Below are positions 19,595-27,784 of a stretch of 64,000 nt of DNA, piece by piece. Below the pieces are notes generated by a model. That model was not told where the DNA came from and did not search any database. It saw nothing but the letters and a program-made list of their open reading frames with translations. The stretch covers positions 18,541 through 82,540 of the forward strand of contig JAQBWV010000002.1 of assembly GCA_027624335.1 (NCBI GenBank), written 5' to 3'. Within the stretch, counting starts at the first letter, position 1. Every line of letters starts with the position of its first letter. This DNA is from Planctomycetota bacterium (lineage in GTDB: Bacteria; Planctomycetota; Planctomycetia; Planctomycetales; Planctomycetaceae). The translations under genes and the position numbers were made by a program.

Positions 19595-20557
19595 TTATGG
19601 GCGGTCGGGATTTGAGTCGCCGGAGGGGGACGTCTGATCGGGTTCGGTTGCTTTCGACGGATTGACGGTCGCGCCGCCGTTCGTGTCAGGAGATCTGTCG
19701 CGATCTGGATTCGATTTTCCACTGGCGTTTGTCCCGCCGTTCTTCGAACTGATCGTCGTCAGGATCTCGGACAGGTCGACGATCATGCGTCGACCTCCGT
19801 CGTACGAGACCAGCACTTTCTTCGCCAGAATTTCCTGGGCGACGACTTTTCCCTGTCCCTGTTTCGTGACGACGATTGTGCCATTCGAAGGAAGCTCGCG
19901 ACGGTACTCTTCGTAGGTGTCGAATTCGTAACGCAGGCAGCACTTCAGACGCCCACATCGCCCTGAGATTTTATTGGGATCAAGCGTTGCTTTCTGCATT
20001 TTCGCCATCTTCATCGAGACCGGCGGCATTTCCTGCAGATGGCTCCCGCAGCAGACTGGTCTTCCACAGTCGCCAAAGTCGGCGAGCAACCTGGCTTCAT
20101 CCCGCACTCCGATCTGACGCATTTCAATGCGTGTCTGAAATGACCGAGCGAGAGTTTTGACCAGCTCCCGAAAGTCGATCCGCTGCTCGGACAGGTAGTA
20201 AAAGACAACTCGTTCGCCGCCGAAAATGCACTCGACGTCGACCAGGTTCATGTTCAGCTTCTGGTCTCGAATGATCTGTCGAGCCTGTGCGAAGACGTCC
20301 TGCTCCCGAGTCAGCATCTCGTCACGTTTGGTCCACGCTTCGTCGTCGGCCCGTCGGAGAATTCGTCCGACTTGTTCTTCGCTCCCGATATATTTTCGCG
20401 TGGTGTCCGTGGCGGGGCATAGCACTTCACCCCACTCGACACCTCGAGTGCTGCGAATGAGCACGGAGTCCGATCGCTTCAGATCCTGCGGACCCTTGAA
20501 CGTGAATTCCGCGACGGTTCTGGTTGAACCGAAGCGCACGATATATGCATCTGGCAT
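19595..20557 (-). CDS. PSP1 domain protein (RicT/YaaT-like)
   Basis: Cys-rich PSP1 block GDCGRPVCCGSHLQEMPPVSMKMAKMQKATLDPNKISGRCGRLKCCLRYE. The start is ambiguous: ATG 20557, ATG 20575 or TTG 20647. The C-terminal tail is low-complexity. Confidence 0.85.
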   Translation of the reverse strand: MPDAYIVRFGSTRTVAEFTFKGPQDLKRSDSVLIRSTRGVEWGEVLCPATDTTRKYIGSEEQVGRILRRADDEAWTKRDEMLTREQDVFAQARQIIRDQKLNMNLVDVECIFGGERVVFYYLSEQRIDFRELVKTLARSFQTRIEMRQIGVRDEARLLADFGDCGRPVCCGSHLQEMPPVSMKMAKMQKATLDPNKISGRCGRLKCCLRYEFDTYEEYRRELPSNGTIVVTKQGQGKVVAQEILAKKVLVSYDGGRRMIVDLSEILTTISSKNGGTNASGKSNPDRDRSPDTNGGATVNPSKATEPDQTSPSGDSNPDRP

Positions 20558-20688
20558 GGTGGCCTTTTCTGTCATCAGCGGACGAAAACTTCGCCACAGA
20601 GTGCTGCTGTCCAGAACCGAATACCGGGCAGCAGCTGGAGTGGTCAAGCAGCGGAATGTTCAAATGGCGTCATGAGAAAGTGTCGTTG

Positions 20689-21987
20689 TCAGGCATCAGA
20701 TTCTGGAATGGAATCTGAAAGTTCGCCGGCCTGGCGGATGAGTTCGAGTGCCGATTGAATCAGCGCCTCAGACTTCCGTACTTGACCAGCGTTGGCGTTG
20801 GTATCGGAAATGGTCTGCAGGCAACTGGACAGGAAGAACGCCGCTCCTGCCAGTAATTCCGGAGAGGAACAATCAGAGATCAGATCTTCGGCGAACAGGC
20901 CTTCGTCGGCCATTGTCTCCGGCGTTTCCGGTGGAGTAGTGAAGTCTTTCTGCCGGGCGACCACTCTCGCGTTTTCCGCCTGCTGAGTCAGGATCGACGT
21001 ATCGACGGTTCTGGAGTTGCGAGTTCTGCGGTGCTCGGCGATTTGCTTCAAGTCCCGTTGTTCCTGATCGGCAGCCTTCTGCTTCGTCTTCCTTGTCGAA
21101 GAACTTACGGTGCTTTTGATTGCCTGAAACACTTTGGAATCCCTCAGGCCATTGAATCGCCGGGTCAGCTGTTTGAAGTCGGCGTTGAACAGTCGCGGCA
21201 TCGCCACCGGCATGAACATGAACCGTCGAGCGGTCAGGTACGGCATGTCGGTCTGCTCTTCGATAATGTGTGCCAGCATCGCTGCCGAACGAGCGTGCAG
21301 AAACAGCCCGGTGCCGTGCTCAACCTGAAAACCCAGATGGAGCAGAATCGCTCCGGTCATACCGTCGACATTGGGGACGACACTCCTGGATTCCAGCATG
21401 CAGCGCACGACTCCGTCGTAAATGTCTATAAAAATGCCCTGAGCATTCATCTCGCACATCAGACGCCGTATATGTGTTGGTCGGGGATCCTTCCGAAGCA
21501 GGGGGTGTCCGTAACCGCCGAGAATCTCCCCAGCCGCGAGTCTTCGAGCAGCAGCGTCAAAAGCGAATTGCTCGACATCAGCAGCCGTAGGATTCTCCTT
21601 GCCCTGAGCCAGGAACTCGTCGGCAATTGCCTTGTACAGCTTCATGCCATGCTCGATCGCCCCGACATGGTAGGGACCGCTCGCCAGAAAGCCGGCGGCC
21701 ATGGCCTGTGCCGTGTTGACCCCGGTTCCGGCCACCAGTCGGGGAACAAGGGTTGTTGGAGGCAGCAGTCCGAACCCACCGTGAAACGCGACAAGGACAA
21801 TATCGAACAGACGCCGCTCGTCAGCAGCGGGGAGTCGTCCCAGCAGGATGTGGAATAAAGCGTCGGTATAACTGGCAGAACCGATAAGATCGTTTAGGTC
21901 TGTTGACCTCACATTGAGTTGCTCCGCGTTCAGATGGACACCGTCGATTCGCGTGCCCAGGTAGAAGTCGGGTGGATTCTTCGACAT
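20689..21987 (-). CDS. Citrate synthase / citryl-CoA lyase superfamily protein with a long C-terminal extension
   Basis: 432 aa. FHILLGRLP, ASGPYHVGAIEHG, GYGHPLLRKDPR, VPNVDGMTGAILLHLGF and LFLHARSAAMLAHIIEE align to citrate-synthase small-form blocks. The last ~150 aa (KQKAADQEQRDLKQI...ELSDSIPESDA) have no counterpart in the family. Confidence 0.65.
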   Translation of the reverse strand: MSKNPPDFYLGTRIDGVHLNAEQLNVRSTDLNDLIGSASYTDALFHILLGRLPAADERRLFDIVLVAFHGGFGLLPPTTLVPRLVAGTGVNTAQAMAAGFLASGPYHVGAIEHGMKLYKAIADEFLAQGKENPTAADVEQFAFDAAARRLAAGEILGGYGHPLLRKDPRPTHIRRLMCEMNAQGIFIDIYDGVVRCMLESRSVVPNVDGMTGAILLHLGFQVEHGTGLFLHARSAAMLAHIIEEQTDMPYLTARRFMFMPVAMPRLFNADFKQLTRRFNGLRDSKVFQAIKSTVSSSTRKTKQKAADQEQRDLKQIAEHRRTRNSRTVDTSILTQQAENARVVARQKDFTTPPETPETMADEGLFAEDLISDCSSPELLAGAAFFLSSCLQTISDTNANAGQVRKSEALIQSALELIRQAGELSDSIPESDA

Positions 21988-22415
21988 GACAGATTGGCCT
22001 GGCCGGCGAATTGCTCCCGGCGGAACGTGTTGAATGACAGGACTTTATGGGCGAGGCGACGTCTCGACTGGTGCTTCAGCCAAACTCGCAGCGTCCTATG
22101 AAACGGTTTCAGTCGCTGGCCGACGAGCGAGACGGGAATGACTTTAGCAGTCTCAGTCGAGGTGTCAATTTGCCTGATTCCGCTGAAGCGAGCGCGACGA
22201 TACTTAAACGAAGGGCCATGCTGCTCCAGGATTGGATGCTCTGTAATGGAGTTTCCCACGCGACGGTCGGGATAAGCCAGCCGGCGCACTCGATGATTCA
22301 GCAGAGTTCACGTCAGATATTTGATTCCGACACGGTCTCTCAACACATTCGCGTTGTTGGAAATGGCAGCCTTCGCAACTCGTCGCCGTGAGCTTCGTGA
22401 CAGAATGAGAATCCA

Positions 22416-23171
22416 ATGTCTGACTCTGCTTTCACTGGCTCGACACCAATAACGTTCGGCAAACCGCCATCACGTCAGGATCCTGCCCCGACAGGTATTG
22501 AGACGGCAGTCATGCCTGCTCGGCGCGACAACCAGTTGAGGCGAGAGTCCGCTCCGATGTTTGGGCGTATAACCGGGACGGAATGTCGTCGTCGGCTGCT
22601 GCACATCCTGCCTGGATTTCTTCCGACAGTTCTGTGGTGGATTCCTCACAAAGATCCGCTGTCCTGGGATTGCCGGGCGTGGCTCGGCCTGGTTATTTGT
22701 GGGATCGGTGTCGCGACGGCGATCAAGTATCGACAGATTGCCAGACGCGGTGAAACCAGCAATCCCGCCTGCATTCTTGGATACACCGTGCCGGTGTTTC
22801 TGTTGCTGATGCTGATTCCAGCGCATGCTCAACTCGGGCTGGCGACGCTGGCGATTATTTCGATGGGCGATGGCTTTGCCACGGTTGGAGGACTGCTGCT
22901 CCCCGGACCAAAGCTCCCCTGGAACCGTCAGAAGAGCTGGGCAGGATTTCTGTGCTTTGTGACGTTCGCCGCTCCATGGTCCGCCATGATCTACTGGGGT
23001 GAGTCTCGACCAGCGGTTTCGTTTCCGCTGGCTTTGTTGGTCGCCGGATCGGCAACGCTGCTGGCCGCGATCGGCGAGTCCATCAGGTCTCGCATCGATG
23101 ACAACATCCGAGTCGGCGTCGCCGCCGCGATCGGCATCGTCTGTGCTCATTACGCTGCGACCGCATGGTGA
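22416..23171 (+). CDS. Integral membrane protein, CTP-transferase/polyprenol-kinase-like (CTP_transf_1-type motif)
   Basis: 251 aa with about 6 TM segments. ISMGDGFATVGGLLLPGPKLPWNRQKSWAGFL resembles the GDxxA...K...P.KSxEG motif of the dolichol/phytol kinase and CdsA family. The start is uncertain. Confidence 0.5.
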   Translation: MSDSAFTGSTPITFGKPPSRQDPAPTGIETAVMPARRDNQLRRESAPMFGRITGTECRRRLLHILPGFLPTVLWWIPHKDPLSWDCRAWLGLVICGIGVATAIKYRQIARRGETSNPACILGYTVPVFLLLMLIPAHAQLGLATLAIISMGDGFATVGGLLLPGPKLPWNRQKSWAGFLCFVTFAAPWSAMIYWGESRPAVSFPLALLVAGSATLLAAIGESIRSRIDDNIRVGVAAAIGIVCAHYAATAW

Positions 23172-23659
23172 TGGCTGAATCGCCAGCGTGAGACTCGCCC
23201 AATAGACCCTTCGTGTCTACGGGTAGGGAATGTGTATTCAGCGCATAAAGAATCGCCGTCACCGTTCCGAGGGGACAGAACAATGACGGCGATTGCAGGA
23301 ACATGACCGGTGAGGAATGCTGGACTCCAGTAGGGTCAATCTGAGATGTGAATCAGCGTTGGTGGGCGTGTCCTGACGATCTGACCGGACTTCAGAGCAT
23401 TCGCATCAGTGATGCGTAAGCTGTTCGGTCATTCGGCGATCGTGATATCTCACCTGCCATGTGGGCTTCCCATTGTATCGGCCTGTCACCAACGATGAAT
23501 CAACGACTTCCCGCCGATCGAGTATTGAAGCGGTTGTATCCAGAGATGCGTCTGGTATTGCCACTCTGGCTGTGAGGATTGTTGCGACGGGAGGCGAGTG
23601 CGGTGATTGAAGATTCAAGCGTCACGGACTACTCAGCTCTCGGAAGCGAGGGACGATTC

Positions 23660-24253
23660 ATGCTGTTGAAGATGGCCAGTGGAGCTTTTCTCTGCTGCGT
23701 CGTGGCAACGTTGCTCGGGCAGGCGATTACCGGAGTCCAGGCAACCAATGGGAGGATGGCTGCCAATCTTGCAGCACCTCAGACCTGGCTATATGGAGCG
23801 ATTCTGACGCTGCCGATGTTCGGGCTGTTGGTCCTGGAACGGAAATCGCGTTGGCGATGGCTGCGGGAGCTCTGGGACTTGTCGGGTGACATTCTGGGGC
23901 CGTTAGTTGTTCGCGTAACGTTCGCTGAACTTGTCGTCGTTGCGGCGATGGCCGGTGTCGGTGAGGAACTGTTCTTCAGGGGCTTCCTGCAGAGCTGGCT
24001 GGCAAGTCACGAACTACTCGCTGCGCTGATCCTGCCGAATGTTCTGTTCGGAATTCTGCACTGGATCTCTCGTGGTTACGCCGTCTGTACGTTTTGCATC
24101 GGTCTTTACTTCAGTTGCCTGCTCTACTTTGTCACCTCGGTCAACCTTGCCACGCTGATGGTCACGCATTCGCTCTATGATCTGGTAGCGCTGATGTGTC
24201 TGGTGCGGGAAGTTCGCCGACGTAACGCGGACAATTCAAATGTAGATTGGTGA
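23660..24253 (+). CDS. CPBP family intramembrane glutamic endopeptidase (CAAX protease/Abi)
   Basis: GVGEELFFRGF (EExxxR), FGILHW and THSLYD motifs. The start is set at ATG 23660, preceded by GAGGGA; the longest ORF has a TTG at 23579. Confidence 0.8.
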   Translation: MLLKMASGAFLCCVVATLLGQAITGVQATNGRMAANLAAPQTWLYGAILTLPMFGLLVLERKSRWRWLRELWDLSGDILGPLVVRVTFAELVVVAAMAGVGEELFFRGFLQSWLASHELLAALILPNVLFGILHWISRGYAVCTFCIGLYFSCLLYFVTSVNLATLMVTHSLYDLVALMCLVREVRRRNADNSNVDW

Positions 24254-24507
24254 CGACTCGAACTGACCGTTGAAGGGTGTTGTGTGTTTTTGTTCAGACC
24301 TTATGGACATGCACTATCTTCGTGGCGGTCAGCGGTTCTTGTTGACGATTCAATCCTGCGCGAAGTAGGATCGTCTAGGTTTGCAAACGAAATATCGTGA
24401 CACGCGAAGTGGTGCATTTATCCCTTACCAATTCATTGTCCGACTGAGTGATTAGTCTTTGTCCGACCGGGATTGAATCAACTAAACCGTTTCCTGGAGT
24501 TTCTGCC

Positions 24508-25620
24508 ATGTGTCGTCGAGCCATTCGTCGCGGATTCACATTGATCGAACTACTGGTCGTGATAGCGATTATTGCGATCCTGGTCGCCATCCTGTTGCCG
24601 GCGGTGCAGCAGGCTCGTGAGGCCGCTCGCCGCAGCCAGTGCCAGAACAATCTGAAGCAGATCGGTCTGGCACTGCACAACTACCATTCGGCTCATGGCG
24701 TGTTCCCTCCAGGGATGATTGCAGCACGACTGCTCAACAGTGTCACTCCGGCTTCTCAACAGACGAACGATCCGCTGGAAGCGATCAACACGACGATCAA
24801 CACCTTCGATCATGGTGACAGCTGGATGCTGCATATTCTGCCGTACCTGGACCAGGCAGACATTTACACATCGTATTTCGAGTGTACTGGAAACGTCCAC
24901 CTGCACGGCACAGTGACAACGATCTGTCCGACATCAGTCATTGCCGGACCAACGGTTCAGAATGACATTCCTGCGTTCTATTGCCCCACTCGACGAGGCA
25001 ACATGAAGGGGACAACGTACAACAACACTTACCGCATCGACGCTGGGTTCACGAAGGGCGGAAACGACTACGCTGGCTGTGCTGGCTCGGGAATTATCGT
25101 CAATGACAGTGCGGAGACGGCTGGTGGTAATGGTTCCATTCTTCGTCCTGTGTATGACCTGACTCCCGCGCAGTCAGCCATTCCGGCCAACATTATCTAT
25201 GCGTCGACGTCACAGAACATGGGCATCATGAGTATCAACTCATCCAAAAGCGTGCGGGACGTTACCGATGGCACGAGCAACGTTCTCATGGTCGGTGAAG
25301 TACCACGTCTAAACGGAGTGCGTACTGTTGACCCGAAACGTGTGAGTGCCGATGGTTGGGCCTGGGGAGGAGCGGCGACGCTCTTTACGACAGCAATCAG
25401 CCCATCCACACAGGCGCCGACCGTTACCAATCGAGGCCAGGGCGGAATCAACAAGGGCGATCACTACACCTCGCCGGGCAGTGACCACGAAGGAATTGCT
25501 CAGTTCTGCCTGGCTGATGGTTCTGTCCGGGTCTTGAGCGAGAACATGGACTCACTCATTCTTGCAAATCTTGGCAATATCTCGTCAGGCGTTCCTGTTG
25601 GGCAGTTCGGCACCCGGTAG
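24508..25620 (+). CDS. DUF1559 protein with a prepilin-type N-terminal cleavage/methylation signal and an H-X9-DG motif
   Basis: [54 protein letters not shown], and C-terminal [20 protein letters not shown] (H, nine residues, then DG). ATG 24508 is preceded by GGAG. Confidence 0.9.
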   Translation: MCRRAIRRGFTLIELLVVIAIIAILVAILLPAVQQAREAARRSQCQNNLKQIGLALHNYHSAHGVFPPGMIAARLLNSVTPASQQTNDPLEAINTTINTFDHGDSWMLHILPYLDQADIYTSYFECTGNVHLHGTVTTICPTSVIAGPTVQNDIPAFYCPTRRGNMKGTTYNNTYRIDAGFTKGGNDYAGCAGSGIIVNDSAETAGGNGSILRPVYDLTPAQSAIPANIIYASTSQNMGIMSINSSKSVRDVTDGTSNVLMVGEVPRLNGVRTVDPKRVSADGWAWGGAATLFTTAISPSTQAPTVTNRGQGGINKGDHYTSPGSDHEGIAQFCLADGSVRVLSENMDSLILANLGNISSGVPVGQFGTR

Positions 25621-25742
25621 TCCCTGTTTCGTCCATCGTTGCCAGCAACAATTCCTGAAAGAATCATGGCTGGAAACGGCTTTGAAGGTCAGTGTCAGTA
25701 GAGTCTTCGGAGACTTCGTTGCAGTGCGGGTTGAGGGGCAGC

Positions 25743-26651
25743 ATGACGATTCAATGCCAATGCAGTCATTGCGGAGCCTCTCTGAAGGTCAAGGATAAGC
25801 TCGCCGGCACCGAAGGTAAGTGCCCAAAGTGTCGTAAGACCATTCACATCCCGGAGGCGTTTTCAGACGATTCTGAAGACGCCGTCCTGGGAGTTGAACA
25901 AAAGCCCGCCCGCCCTGCTGCTCCTCAAAAATCTGCACAGGACGAGGAAGAGGCCGCCATCTTTGGCGACGATTTCTTCAGCACCGATGAAAAGCCTGCG
26001 CGTCCGCGTTATGTAGCGCCGGTGGCGGGTCCGGATGTCGGCGCCGCTGCACCGAAAGAAAAGAAGCCTCGATCAACCGAGAGTGAAACTGGCACTTCCA
26101 TCGACTCCGGTTCTGGAGACAACGCTGCGTCTGTTGCCAGCAGCCTCTTATCAAAAACCGGAAAAAGGAACAGGCCCGACGAGTTCAAAGACCCGGGCAA
26201 ACCAGAAAATGAGGGGTACGACTATTCGGAAGTCAATTATCTCCTGCTGAATCGGATTCTCCCGGCAGTCAGTGCTGCGGTGGTGCTGTTCTCGTTCTTC
26301 TACTGGATGTTTTCCGGAATGATGGGCTCCGGGGAAGAGTTGCCTGAACTGGCCGGAGTGACAGGGTATGTGACGCAGAACGGGGCGGGTATTGCGGCGC
26401 AGGTTATGTTTCTGCCCAAGCCCGGATCAGGGCGCGATGGCACTTCGGGCAGCTCGTCGGTGGGAGTGTCTGCTCCTCCGGATGGGGCGTACGAAGCCTA
26501 TTACAAGGATGACATTCGCGGCGTTGTACTGGGTGAGCACGAGGTACAGATCAATGCCGGGGTCATCAGAGTGACTCGTGACGTCACGATCGTAGCAGGT
26601 AGCCAGGAGATCAATTTCGAAGTCGAAGATCAGCCTGCAGGTGGCAGCTGA
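25743..26651 (+). CDS. Zinc-ribbon / single-TM protein with a carboxypeptidase-regulatory-like C-terminal beta-sandwich
   Basis: MTIQCQCSHCGASLKVKDKLAGTEGKCPKCRKTIHIP carries two CxxC pairs. It is followed by an acidic disordered stretch and the TM segment ILPAVSAAVVLFSFFYWMF. The C-terminal GVTGYVTQNG...EVQINAGVIRVTRDVTIVAGSQEINFEV is beta-rich. Confidence 0.6.
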   Translation: MTIQCQCSHCGASLKVKDKLAGTEGKCPKCRKTIHIPEAFSDDSEDAVLGVEQKPARPAAPQKSAQDEEEAAIFGDDFFSTDEKPARPRYVAPVAGPDVGAAAPKEKKPRSTESETGTSIDSGSGDNAASVASSLLSKTGKRNRPDEFKDPGKPENEGYDYSEVNYLLLNRILPAVSAAVVLFSFFYWMFSGMMGSGEELPELAGVTGYVTQNGAGIAAQVMFLPKPGSGRDGTSGSSSVGVSAPPDGAYEAYYKDDIRGVVLGEHEVQINAGVIRVTRDVTIVAGSQEINFEVEDQPAGGS

Positions 26652-27619
26652 TGCTGGAGTCCCCTTCGGTCAGAACCGGTCGTTATGCATCCCGAACTCT
26701 GGCAGTCGTCCTACCGATGATGTTCGCAGTAGCTACCGGAGTTTTCGGTTGCGGCGACGACAAGACCAGCGTCCTGGAGCTCACTGGTGATCAGATCGAG
26801 CTCAGAGAACGCGAGGCCATCGAGCGGTTGAAGGAAACTGGCTGCAAGGTCACGGAAGCCGACGACCCGCTGATGGGGACGCCCGGCATCATGGTGACAC
26901 TGTTTGCGGAACATATCACAGGCAACGGGTTGATCCGCAGCGAGGTGATGTCTCAGTTTCGTTATCTGAGTAAGCTGTTTCTGGTCGTAGATTCAACGCC
27001 GATCTCTGCTGATGGGCTGACCCAGCTGCGTGATCTCGACAAGCTGTTGCTGCTGAGTGCACAGTGGACGGCGACGGATAACGAAGGTCTCGCCAGGATT
27101 GAGGGGATCGTCAGCCTGCGACTACTGCGGCTGAACTGGACCCCCATTACTGACGATGGTCTGCGCCACATCGAGCGATTGCCGGAACTCGCGATGCTCT
27201 ATTTGAGCGGTACTCGAGTCACCGACGAAGTCGTGCCGCATATCAAAGGTTTGAAAAGTCTGAGGGCGCTGCAACTCTCGCATACCGGGATCAGCGACAT
27301 GGGACTCGCTGCTCTGCAAGGCTTTGCAGATCTCACGCATCTTGGCCTGGACGGAACCGGTGTGAGCGACGAAATCATTCCCGTACTCGCGAGTTTCAGA
27401 TCACTTCAGTACTTGAACCTTGCCGACGCGAAGCTGACAACTGACGGAAAAGCACGACTGCGAGAGTTGCTCCCGCAGTGCCAGGTGGTCACGGTCGCCA
27501 AATCAAAAGTCTCGCCATCGGGAATTGGGTCGAGGGAAGAGCCATCACCCCCGCAGGAACCGCCACAAGCTGAACCGGCCAGCGAGCCAACGTCCGCTGA
27601 TCCACCGCCCACTGAGTGA
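26651..27619 (+). CDS. Leucine-rich-repeat lipoprotein
   Basis: The start ATG overlaps the upstream stop (TGATG). The lipobox-like sequence is ATGVFGCGDD. Regular LRRs (LxxLxLxxTxITDxGLxxL) end with KARLRELLPQCQVV, followed by a Pro-rich tail. Confidence 0.72.
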   Translation: MLESPSVRTGRYASRTLAVVLPMMFAVATGVFGCGDDKTSVLELTGDQIELREREAIERLKETGCKVTEADDPLMGTPGIMVTLFAEHITGNGLIRSEVMSQFRYLSKLFLVVDSTPISADGLTQLRDLDKLLLLSAQWTATDNEGLARIEGIVSLRLLRLNWTPITDDGLRHIERLPELAMLYLSGTRVTDEVVPHIKGLKSLRALQLSHTGISDMGLAALQGFADLTHLGLDGTGVSDEIIPVLASFRSLQYLNLADAKLTTDGKARLRELLPQCQVVTVAKSKVSPSGIGSREEPSPPQEPPQAEPASEPTSADPPPTE

Positions 27620-27784
27620 CGGTGTCGGGTTCCCGCGATTGGCTCACAGTACTTGTGACCTGACAAACCGTCACTTTGAGTTGCTGGTCGTTGCGCTTAC
27701 GGCACCAGCACGTAGCTGTCCTCGTAGTAAGCGGCTCGCGAGTGCTGTAGCATCGAGGTCTGCAACTCCTGATGTTGGCGACTC

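Noticed and set aside
23251-23294. Perfect 11-bp inverted repeat AATCGCCGTCA..(22 nt)..TGACGGCGATT, 80 nt downstream of the 22416..23171 gene.
   Set aside because: It could be a terminator or protein-binding palindrome. However, the loop is large, there is no U-tract, and there is no second copy in the window, so I have no basis for a functional call.
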